Below, piece after piece: positions 19,501 to 27,700 of a stretch of DNA of 64,000 nt. The notes under the pieces were generated by a model that saw only the letters and a list, made by a program, of their open reading frames with translations, was not told the origin of the DNA and made no database searches. The stretch covers positions 736,001-800,000 of the forward strand of contig JBFLYH010000001.1 in the NCBI GenBank assembly GCA_040756875.1, written 5' to 3'. Within the stretch, counting starts at the first letter, position 1, and every line of letters begins with the position of its first letter. The translations under genes and the position numbers were made by a program. This DNA is from a candidate division FCPU426 bacterium. GTDB taxonomy: Bacteria > Oederibacteriota > JAAXVQ01 > JAUVAV01.

Positions 19501-20200
19501 CCCGGGCTTGATTCAGGGGCCGGCCTTGCTGGGCGGGGTGTATTCCGCCCCGCAAACGCTGGTGCGGTTTCTGGAATTGATGGTGCAGATGGCCGCTGAC
19601 CACAAACTTTCATCCTCGCCTGAAATCAAAATCAAAGCCGGCCACGGCAGGACTGAAACCCTGACCCTGGCCGGGGAAGCCAAAGTCATTGAACCCCAGG
19701 ACGCTCCCGTGGAGATCCAAGCGCCGGCTTACGTGGCCCTCCGCCAGGACCAGCAGCGGGAAATCCTGTTCTCGGACTATCAGCAAGCCTCCGGGCATTT
19801 TTTCACCGCCGCCTGGTCGAACACCCAGTGGACCATGGGCCAGCAGGGCGAGTTGGTGGTCAAACTGAACCCGGATCAGGACCCGACCGAGTATTACGCG
19901 CTGATCGCGCTGCCCTCGGTCTTGTCGTTGCGGCAGACCGAGGACCTGCTTTCGGACTACAAAGGACAACTCTTGTACGGTCAAAAGGCGGCAGGGTCGG
20001 AAAAAATCCAGCTGGTGGCCGTGCCGTTCCGCGGTTCGCGCACATTGCGCCTGTTCGTGGAAGCCTCCCAGGCAGGCCGCAGCCCGGGGTACGTACTGGT
20101 GCGCCACGTCTCCAATCCCGCCCTCATCACCACCCTGCAATTGGAATCCGTGACCGTGGGGGACACCCCTCCGCCCGCCGGAACCCTGATCAGCCGCTGA
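16559..20200 (+). CDS. Alpha-2-macroglobulin-like (MG2 domain) exported protein without the canonical thioester motif
   Basis: MG2 motif TTDQPIYWPNEEV, PGEYRLE, an Ala/Met/Glu-rich bait-like linker followed by IRE...VRTDSQGQAEISATLP, a helical TED-like region, and WFGHSEA where CxEQ is expected. Confidence 0.7.
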   Translation: MKRWCFRWCLSVWVTFIGGGMAMAAAPADVKDTALFQINPVQHKIIAPKQDLAKYLTVNYLSLTTDQPIYWPNEEVFAKAMLPTRPNTKVRLKLQKKDSTSRDLGVFTLDPAGLAVEKILSGKEKKLEPGEYRLELKAEDGTLETFATFTVVEGALGALSFAHEFKQVTEAGELRKAKGAWFLGNAAGAGKRWGNGLNVKNEVRVMNQPYQGRAQIKSRCYLAGCNGVEAGPAQEVTIENGLLEAVLDVSSHSGPFEIEVITPQGSLRYLFGKSGHVERQNIPLGAGFSRRFFATLAPYEGTAPVYGRDIYIFEEKSQKQNEPWEWTTPVADQTEAITLKVREPLRHARLFVLPVKGQAEPREIPVPDELEPGRTLTVKISAPYSLIAIGGFAKKDGAFKEGWGIAYVESDLELKVSLPKSGAPLKPVTISLHTQERGTGKPVSVYGVLEVFDNRVASKSGREPLISAVGDSFRALSDYLSSWRDWTGIQAEEAQDAEMAVMPSQAPAAPMGKRAMFMGAVSKARKAPAQMAATSEPSETAVSPEAAEQELIREGERKVVYCAVVRTDSQGQAEISATLPPQTGRCSVRFTAVRNYDCLDQLESVDVGKKTFIESAILPLLLPGSEIQARAQVNNGESGLVIVKAYGAGLKKPVTFKIKPGLEDVTIPLQGGQPGVLHLEVRGTDNRLLDQREIQLRDLSAYPLTFSDLSLSDGQPMAVPSGRRIELYATPGQALSGLVANIQTTMHSWFGHSEALSARAAIDAVLLRAMAEKLLAEEGLRDALAADLVKTVKDLDEAFYDPATRLFRPYPGVPANPVWSAWVLRNFATARDNLSGSAALSGELGPTLKLLQSRVKELTAELGRQGFSLDERIQQNASGQDVIPVEIDGQVVYRALTDRAVVDWFVKRMVPALDLPGQPSPRELNAKFVQAYDTYRFLRAFERTGSLYYLLLNAKALYAQNDPHFTQVFNQIAKGLISTQDPGLIQGPALLGGVYSAPQTLVRFLELMVQMAADHKLSSSPEIKIKAGHGRTETLTLAGEAKVIEPQDAPVEIQAPAYVALRQDQQREILFSDYQQASGHFFTAAWSNTQWTMGQQGELVVKLNPDQDPTEYYALIALPSVLSLRQTEDLLSDYKGQLLYGQKAAGSEKIQLVAVPFRGSRTLRLFVEASQAGRSPGYVLVRHVSNPALITTLQLESVTVGDTPPPAGTLISR

Positions 20201-20220
20201 GACGGTTCGAGCTCTTCAAA

Positions 20221-20250
20221 CCGGAGGCCTTCGGGCCTCCGGTTTTTTTT
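20221..20250 (+). terminator. Rho-independent terminator
   Basis: CCGGAGGCC-TTCG-GGCCTCCGG followed by T8 (cUUCGg tetraloop). Confidence 0.92.
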
Positions 20251-20269
20251 ATATCGGGATTAAAAATGA

Positions 20270-20298
20270 TTGCATCGACCAGGTCAAGGTGATATAAG
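20270..20298 (+). promoter_or_regulatory. Putative sigma70 promoter of pckG
   Basis: TTGCAT-N17-TATAAG with extended TG; AGGAGG RBS before ATG 20329. Confidence 0.6.
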
Positions 20299-20328
20299 TT
20301 TCTAATTTTAACTTGGCAGGAGGTTTAC

Positions 20329-22107
20329 ATGAAAATCCAGCACAAACAACTGGCGGCCTGGGTCAAGCGCATGGCGGACATGTGCCAGCCCGATAAAATC
20401 GTCTGGATCACGGGCACCGCGGAGGAAAAACGGAGCCTGGAGGACCAGGCCGCGGCCACCGGCGAAATCCTCCGCCTGAACCAGAGCAAACTGCCGGGAT
20501 GCCTCTACCACCGCACCGCGCCCAATGACGTGGCGCGCACTGAACATCTGACCTTCATCTGCACGCCGACCAAGGCCCAGGCCGGGCCCAACAACAACTG
20601 GATGTCCCCGGAAAAAGCCTATGCCAAGGCCCGGACGATTTTCCGCGGCGCCATGCGCGGACGCACCATGTACGTCATCCCGTTTTCCATGGGGCCGGTC
20701 GGGTCGGAATTCAGCAAGACCGGCGTGGAGCTGACGGACAGCATTTACGTGGTTTTGAACATGCGCATCATGACCACGGTCGGCTTGCCGGTCCTGAAGC
20801 ACCTGGGCGACAAGGGCGAGTTCACCCGCTGCCTGCACAGCAAGGCCGACCTGGACGAGAACCGCCGCCTGATCCTGCATTTCCCCCAGGACAACACCAT
20901 TTGGAGCGTGGGGTCCGGGTACGGCGGCAACGTGCTGCTGGGCAAGAAATGCCTCTCCCTGCGCATCGCCAGCTATATCGGCCGCCAGGAGGGCTGGCTG
21001 GCCGAGCACATGCTGATCATGGGCGTGGAGAAACCCAACGGGCACATCATGTACATTGCCGGCGCGTTTCCCAGCGCCTGCGGCAAAACCAACCTGGCCA
21101 TGCTGGTTCCGCCCGAAGCCTTGAAGCAGAAGGGGTATAAAATCTGGACCGTGGGCGACGATATCGCCTGGATGCGCATTGACACCGACGGGTCGCTGTG
21201 GGCCATCAATCCCGAAACCGGCTTCTTCGGTGTGGCGCCGGGCACCAATTCCAAAACCAACCCGAACGCCATCAAGACCATCCAGAAAAATACCATCTTC
21301 ACCAACGTCGTCCTCGCGAAAGACAACACAGTCTGGTGGGAAGGCGGCGACGGGGAACCGCCGGCCGAGGGCATTGACTGGCGCGGCCGTCCCTGGAATC
21401 CGGGCCTCAAGGACGAAACGGGCAAAACGGTCCTGGGCGCGCATCCCAACAGCCGCTTCACCGCGCCCATCAGCCAGTGTCCTTCGGCTTCGTTCCGCCT
21501 CCAGCAGCACCACGGCGTGCCGATCTCCGCGATCATTTTCGGCGGGCGCCGCGCGCTTTTGGCCCCCCTGGTCTATGAATCCTTCAATTGGCAGCACGGC
21601 GTGTTCGTGGGCGCCACCATGGCGTCCGAGCGCACGGCGGCCCAATACGGAAAACAGGGGGAAGTGCGGCGCGATCCCATGGCCATGCTTCCGTTCTGCG
21701 GATATAACATGGGCGACTATTTCCAGCACTGGCTGAAAATGGGCAAGAAAATGACCAACGCACCCAAAATCTTCAATGTAAACTGGTTCCGGCAGGACGA
21801 CCAGGGCAAGTTCCTGTGGCCGGGATACGGCGAAAACCTGCGCGTCCTGGAATGGATTCTGGACCGGTGCGAAAACACCGCCGAAGCTTCCAAGACCCCG
21901 ATCGGCTACATCCCCACCCTGCGCAGCCTGGACCGCACTGGGTTGGACCTGAGCGACGAAAATATGCAGAGCCTGCTGTCCGTGGATCCGGAAGCCTGGA
22001 AGCAGGAATTGGACGACATTGAGAAGCACTTCGCCATGTTCGGAAAACGCCTGCCCAAGGAAATGCGGGCTGAATTGCTGGCGGCCCGCAAGCGTTTCGA
22101 AGGCTGA
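20329..22107 (+). CDS. pckG: Phosphoenolpyruvate carboxykinase (GTP)
   Basis: DVARTE, GSGYGGNVLLGKKC, WLAEHMLI, FPSACGKTNLAM, VGDDIAWM, HPNSRF and RRDPMAMLPFCGYN. Confidence 0.97.
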   Translation: MKIQHKQLAAWVKRMADMCQPDKIVWITGTAEEKRSLEDQAAATGEILRLNQSKLPGCLYHRTAPNDVARTEHLTFICTPTKAQAGPNNNWMSPEKAYAKARTIFRGAMRGRTMYVIPFSMGPVGSEFSKTGVELTDSIYVVLNMRIMTTVGLPVLKHLGDKGEFTRCLHSKADLDENRRLILHFPQDNTIWSVGSGYGGNVLLGKKCLSLRIASYIGRQEGWLAEHMLIMGVEKPNGHIMYIAGAFPSACGKTNLAMLVPPEALKQKGYKIWTVGDDIAWMRIDTDGSLWAINPETGFFGVAPGTNSKTNPNAIKTIQKNTIFTNVVLAKDNTVWWEGGDGEPPAEGIDWRGRPWNPGLKDETGKTVLGAHPNSRFTAPISQCPSASFRLQQHHGVPISAIIFGGRRALLAPLVYESFNWQHGVFVGATMASERTAAQYGKQGEVRRDPMAMLPFCGYNMGDYFQHWLKMGKKMTNAPKIFNVNWFRQDDQGKFLWPGYGENLRVLEWILDRCENTAEASKTPIGYIPTLRSLDRTGLDLSDENMQSLLSVDPEAWKQELDDIEKHFAMFGKRLPKEMRAELLAARKRFEG

Positions 22108-22148
22108 CCAACAGGCTGCCCGCACAGCGACCTGGCCGGATTTTCCTT

Positions 22149-22180
22149 GAGGGGCATAGAAAGTTATGCCCCTCTTTTAT
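22149..22180 (+). terminator. Rho-independent terminator after pckG
   Basis: GAGGGGCATA-GAAAGT-TATGCCCCTC followed by TTTTATTT. Confidence 0.8.
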
Positions 22181-22200
22181 TTTAATGTCGTTTGGTGATT

Positions 22201-23046
22201 ATGATGAATAATTTCAATATTATCAATAAAAACCAACTATCGCCTGATGTATGGCGTTACACCCTGTCCGCTCCGGACATTGCCCGCAAACGCCGCGCCG
22301 GCCATTTCATCATTCTCAGGCCCCTGGCTGACAGCGAACGCATCCCATTGACCATTGTGTCCTCTGACCAAGACCAGGGGACCATCGACATTATTTTTCA
22401 AGTCGTGGGCGCCACAACGAGGGATTTGGCCGGTCTGCGGGCAGGCGAGCCGGTCAAAGACTTGATCGGCCCTCTCGGTCATCCCACGGAGATCGCCAAA
22501 CACGGCACCGTGGCCATGGTGGGAGGCGGGGTGGGCATTGCACCGCTGCTGCCCATTGCCCAGGCTTTCCGCGCGGCCGGCAACCGCTTGGTCACCATCC
22601 TCGGCGCACGCGCCCGCAGCCTGCTGATCCTCGAGCAGGAGCTCGCCTCCATCAGCGACAAAGTGCTCCTGACCACGGACGACGGTTCTGCCGGGCAAAA
22701 AGGCCTGGTGACCGCCGCCTTGGAGCCTTTGCTCGTTGCCCGCGAAATCGATTTCGTCATGGCCGTAGGCCCCGTGCCCATGATGAAAGCCGTGGCCGAT
22801 CTGACCCGGGGCTTCGGCGTCAAGACCATGGTCAGCCTCAACCCGCTGATGCTGGACGGCACGGGCATGTGCGGGGTATGCCGGTGCCAGGTGGCGGGGA
22901 AAACCCGTTTCGCCTGCGTGGAAGGCCCTGAGTTTGACGCCCACCAAGTGGATTTCGACAGCCTGCGGCGCCGCCTGACCATGTTCAGGGAAGAAGAGAA
23001 GGCGCGCCGCGAAGCCAAACCCAGCGGAGGGTCCCATGCCGCTTGA
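22201..23046 (+). CDS. nfnA: Electron-bifurcating transhydrogenase small subunit (NfnA/SudB; FAD, 2Fe-2S)
   Basis: ERIPLTI, GPLGHP, GGGVGIAP and SLNPLMLDGTGMCGVCRC...ACVEGPEFDAH. Confidence 0.9.
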   Translation: MMNNFNIINKNQLSPDVWRYTLSAPDIARKRRAGHFIILRPLADSERIPLTIVSSDQDQGTIDIIFQVVGATTRDLAGLRAGEPVKDLIGPLGHPTEIAKHGTVAMVGGGVGIAPLLPIAQAFRAAGNRLVTILGARARSLLILEQELASISDKVLLTTDDGSAGQKGLVTAALEPLLVAREIDFVMAVGPVPMMKAVADLTRGFGVKTMVSLNPLMLDGTGMCGVCRCQVAGKTRFACVEGPEFDAHQVDFDSLRRRLTMFREEEKARREAKPSGGSHAA

Positions 23047-24436
23047 CCTCAACCGCGTCCATATGCCCGAGCAGGACCCCGCGCAGCGCCGCCGCAATTT
23101 CTCGGAAGTCAATTTGGGGCTCGACGCCGAAGCCGCCCGGCGCGAGGCAGCGCGCTGCCTGTATTGCAAGCGCCCCACCTGCGTGGACGGCTGCCCGGTG
23201 CACATCAATATCCCGCATTTCCTTGCGGCCTTGCGCGACGGTGATCCGGATGCTTCGGCCCGCCGCATCCGCCAGGACAACAGCCTGCCGGCGATTTGCG
23301 GCCGCGTCTGCCCGCAGGAAACCCAGTGCGAACTGGCCTGCGTGCTGAACAAGAAAGGCGCGCCCATCGCCATCGGGGCCCTGGAGCGCTTTGTCGGCGA
23401 CCATGCCCTGCGGCAAAACCTCGCCGCGGAACGCCCGGCCGCCGAACGGACGGAGAAAATCGCCATCGTGGGCAGCGGCCCCTCGGGCCTGACCTGCGCC
23501 GGCGAACTCCGCAAACTCGGCTATCAGGTCACGGTTTTCGAGGCGTTGCACGCGCTCGGCGGGGTGCTGACCTACGGCATCCCCGAGTTCCGCCTCTCGA
23601 AAGCGAAAGTCGTACAGCCGGAGATCGAAACCCTTCGCGACCTGGGCGTAGTCTTTGCGACCAATGCCGTGGTTGGCCGTCTGGCCACCATCGAGGAACT
23701 GCTGAACGCCCAGGGATTTGCAGCCGTCTATATCGCCACGGGCGCCGGCTATCCGCAATTCATGGGCGTCCCGGGCGAGGATCTCAACTACGTCTACTCG
23801 GCCAACGAATTCCTGACCCGCATCAACCTGATGGAAGCCTACCGATGGAACGCAGCAGCCACGCCGGTGCGGGTGGGCCGCCGGGTAGGCGTGGTCGGCG
23901 GCGGCAACACCGCCTTGGATGCCGCGCGCTCGGCTCTGCGTTTGCCGGGCGTGGAGGAAGTGCATTTGATCTATCGGCGTTCCGAACAGGAAATGCCCGC
24001 CCGGACCGAGGAAGTGAAGCACGCCCGCGAAGAGGGGATCATCTTCCGGCTGCTCACGGCACCCGTGGCTTTTACAGGCAATGAGCGGGGCGACCTGGCT
24101 GCCGCACGCTGCGTGGAGATGGCGCTCGCTGAACCGGACGCGTCCGGCCGCAGGCGGCCGGTCCCCAAACCCGGCAGTGAGTACCTTCTGGAACTGGATT
24201 CGGCCGTGATCGCCATCGGCACCCAGGCCAATCCCATCATCGCCCAAACCACACCCGGTTTGGCGTTGACTTCCAAAGGCTATTTGCAGGTGGATGAGCA
24301 GGGCCGGACCGCCATGCCGCGGGTTTATGCTGGCGGCGACATTGTCAGCGGTTCTGCCACGGTTATTCTGGCCATGGGTGCCGGCCGGACCGCGGCTCAT
24401 GCCATGCATTTCGATCTCACCGGTCAAAAACTTTAA
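23036..24436 (+). CDS. nfnB: Electron-bifurcating transhydrogenase large subunit (NfnB/SudA, GltD-like)
   Basis: RCLYCKRPTCVDGCPV, CGRVCPQETQCE, GSGPSG, GGGNTALD, YRRS and GGDIVSGSATVILAMG. Overlaps nfnA. Confidence 0.9.
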   Translation: MPLDLNRVHMPEQDPAQRRRNFSEVNLGLDAEAARREAARCLYCKRPTCVDGCPVHINIPHFLAALRDGDPDASARRIRQDNSLPAICGRVCPQETQCELACVLNKKGAPIAIGALERFVGDHALRQNLAAERPAAERTEKIAIVGSGPSGLTCAGELRKLGYQVTVFEALHALGGVLTYGIPEFRLSKAKVVQPEIETLRDLGVVFATNAVVGRLATIEELLNAQGFAAVYIATGAGYPQFMGVPGEDLNYVYSANEFLTRINLMEAYRWNAAATPVRVGRRVGVVGGGNTALDAARSALRLPGVEEVHLIYRRSEQEMPARTEEVKHAREEGIIFRLLTAPVAFTGNERGDLAAARCVEMALAEPDASGRRRPVPKPGSEYLLELDSAVIAIGTQANPIIAQTTPGLALTSKGYLQVDEQGRTAMPRVYAGGDIVSGSATVILAMGAGRTAAHAMHFDLTGQKL

Positions 24437-24667
24437 ACCCGCCATTGGTTCGTGCAATAAAATCAAATTCATTTGCGAAAGATTCTTCCCATTTGTGCAA
24501 AGAGCGTTTATCCTTTTATGTACGCGCTTTTTTACCGCGCCTGCAGAAATGCCTTTATAGAAAACCCGTATTTTTCCCGCTTTAAATTATATTAAAAACA
24601 ACCTGTTCCGATTTGAAACGCCGCATATATTAAATTTGAAAATAAAAGGTTTTTCTAATTGCCGGGG

Positions 24668-24696
24668 TTGTTTTTGATTTTTTGTTATGATATATT
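24668..24696 (+). promoter_or_regulatory. Putative promoter of the giant gene
   Basis: TTGTTT-N17-TATATT with extended TG in an AT-rich 296-bp intergenic region; GGAG RBS before ATG 24733. Confidence 0.45.
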
Positions 24697-24732
24697 TTCA
24701 TTAAATCATTTATACGGAGCCCTGAATTCGCG

Positions 24733-27700
24733 ATGGCGAGCATCCCTGGCTTGTTTTCCATTTGGAGAAAACATCACCTCGTTTTTAGTCAGCGTATCCT
24801 CGCCTTGCTGGTCTCAATAACTTTCATCCTTCCGCATGTCACCTGGGCTTTCGAGTCCAATACCTTCGCCACTCCCGGGCAATTCCGCTTCCAAAACCAG
24901 CTGCTGGAAATCCCCAAACAACTGGCTTCGATCTCAGATTCATTCCAGGGACAGGGAGACCGTCTGGTCATCCACATCCAGGACTTGCACTGCAATTACG
25001 AGGTGCAAAACCACATTGCCGGGCTTCTGGAAAGCCTGCAGAGCCAGGTGCCCCTGCGGCTGATCGGAATCGAAGGCGCCAGTCTGCCGGTCAACGTGAC
25101 CAAGCTGTCCACTTTTCCCAGGCAAAAAATCAAGGAACAGGTGGGGGATTATTTCCTCCACCAGGGACAGATGTCGGGCGCCGAATACTACGCCGCCGTC
25201 AAAGGCCGCGAAAGCAAATTGCTGGGAATGGAAAACGCCGACCGCTACGCCAGCAGCAGGGAATGCGTCTCGCGTTTCCTGTCCGACGAGACCGGCGGGT
25301 ATCTCATGGATTTGCACGAGGCGCTGGAGGAGACCAAGCCCCGCGTGTATTCGCCCCGCCTCCTCAAGTTTGACGCGGAAAGCTCCGCTTACCGCCAAGG
25401 CCGCCTCCCGCTCCAATCCTACGCCGTGCACCTGGCCGAACAGGCCCGCCAGCAAACGCTCCCCCTCGACGCCTATCCGCAGCTGCAACGCTATGTGGCC
25501 CTGCGGCAGAACATTTTCCCCGAAGACGTGGATCCTGACCAGTTGTTCACGGACATCGAGCGCCTGGAAGCCGTCCTGCGCGCGCCGCTGGTTACGACCG
25601 CCGGGGAAAAAGAGCTGCTAGAGCTGTTGCGCCGCCAGGAGTTGCTGGAGAAACTGCTCAACGTTTCCGCCTCGCCCGCCGAGCTGGCCGAGTTCCGCGC
25701 CCATCCCGAAAAACTGCGGATCGCGAACTTCACGGCGTTTCTCGGCCGTTATCCGGTCGGCGAGGACCTGGATCCCGATTTGTCCCTGCTCGACCGGCAA
25801 TTGCGCGAAGTCGAGCAGTTCTACCGTTCGGCGGATTTGCGCAGCGGTGATTTCGTGGCCAACCTGCTCCGGCAAATGGAACGCCAGAATGTCCGGACCG
25901 CCGTGCTGGCCACCGGTGGATATCACACTCCGGAGATCCTGGCCGGCCTGCGCCAGGCCGGCGTCAGTTACGTGTCGGTAAAACCCAGGCTGCTGCATCC
26001 TGACCGCGTCAATCCGTATTTCTCCCTGCTGCGCAACCATGCCACGCCCCTGGAAAAACTACTGGCCCAGAATCAGGAAAAAATCGCCCTGGCCCCGCTG
26101 CTGGCCCAGTGGCAGGACGCAGACCAGATCGTATCCGAAAACCAGTTGCCGAGGGAAACGCGCATCACGTATCAAATTGTCGATATGATGTTGAAGCTGG
26201 CCTTGCTGTCCGACCTGGCGCAATCCGGAATCCGCGAACCCGCGGAACTCTCGCGGGCCTTTGACGCCGAGGTGGGGAAGTATCCCGCCAATAATCCGGG
26301 CATCCGGCCGGATTTTGCCACCCTGCAGTTCCACGGTGACGCCCTGCTGGTGGGATTGGCCGGCCAGCCTTTCCTGGCCGCGCTCTATCCCAGGTCGGCG
26401 GCCGGACGTATGCCGGGCAAAGCCGTCTACGCCACCACTTTGAACGGCCGCGGCTTGGGCTTTTACAGCGCCGGAGACGCGGCGGTCGTGGCCAAGGCAT
26501 TGCAGCGCGTCGGCCAGCCCCGTTGGCGCCGCTGGTCATCGTTCCTGGCGGACCTGGGCGGCCGGAGCCTCCGTTTGGCCCGCACTGCGCTGCGGCAGGC
26601 GCCGCTCTGGGTTCGCAGCCGTTTGACCGCCGAACAAATTCAATCGACGCTGTCCAGCCCGGTGGTCTGGGCGGCGGTCGCCGTTCTGGCGGGCCTGCAC
26701 CAGGTTTGGACCGGAGCCATGGATTTTACCACGGCCCTGGGAATCGGCATGATCAGCGGAACGTACGGCCCCAGGGCTCCCAATGTCCTCTTTTTCGAAA
26801 AAGGCATGGCCGCCGCGCCTGAATATCTGGAGTCCCGCCTGGGCGGGAAAGGCCGTGGGCTCTACCTCATGGCGCGCCTGGGTCTGCCCGTGCCGCCTGG
26901 GTTCATCATCCAGTCCGAGGTGTCCAAACAGGTCAATCATCTCGGACGGATCCCCCGCAGCCTGATGAAGGAAATCAACGATAACCTCGAACACCTTGAA
27001 ATTGCGAGCCACCGCGAATTTGGGAACCCCAAGGCCCCGCTGCTCCTGTCCGTGCGTTCGGGCGCCGAGCAATCCATGCCCGGCATGATGATCACCCTGA
27101 CCAACGTGGGCTTGAACGACCAGACGGTCGAGGGCCTGGCCGCCATGAGGAACGATGAACTGTTCGCCTGGGAATTGTACGCGGCGTTCATCGAAAATTA
27201 TGCTTTCCACGTGCATCGCGTGCCCCGCGACATTTTCCAGGCCCTGCGGGTCCAGGCTATGGTCCAGGCGAACAAACCCTCCCTTTCACCCGAACAGCTG
27301 CGCTCGTTGGTGGGGGAATTCAAGGCGGCCTTCCATAAACAAACAGGGTTCGCGTTCCCGCAGAACGTCCGCGAACAACTGCGGAACGCCACCCGCGCGG
27401 TCATGGCCTCCTGGGACGCGCCGGAGGTGCTGGCTTTCCGCCAGCGCAACCAGATCCCGAACACCGGCACGGGCGTGACCATTCAGCAGATGGTGTTCGG
27501 CAATCTCCGGGAAAATTCCGGGGCGGGTGTAGCGTACTCCCGCAACCCCTACAACGGCGAACCCGGGGTGTTCGGAGAATTCAGCTGGGCCGAACCCGGC
27601 GAGGCCATTGTGTCAGGCCGCATCACGGCCGGCAGCCTGGAAGACCTGGCCGCGCGCCTGCCGCAAGCGCACGGACTGATGCAGCGCTACGCCGAGGCGC

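Noticed and set aside
20308-22125. 605-aa minus-strand ORF
   Set aside because: Antisense shadow of pckG caused by high-GC codon bias; no recognisable motifs.
23036-24436. Calling this glutamate synthase small subunit (gltD)
   Set aside because: No gltB nearby, and the upstream partner is NfnA-type.
22237-24472. 425-aa and 495-aa minus-strand ORFs
   Set aside because: Antisense to the well-supported nfnAB genes.
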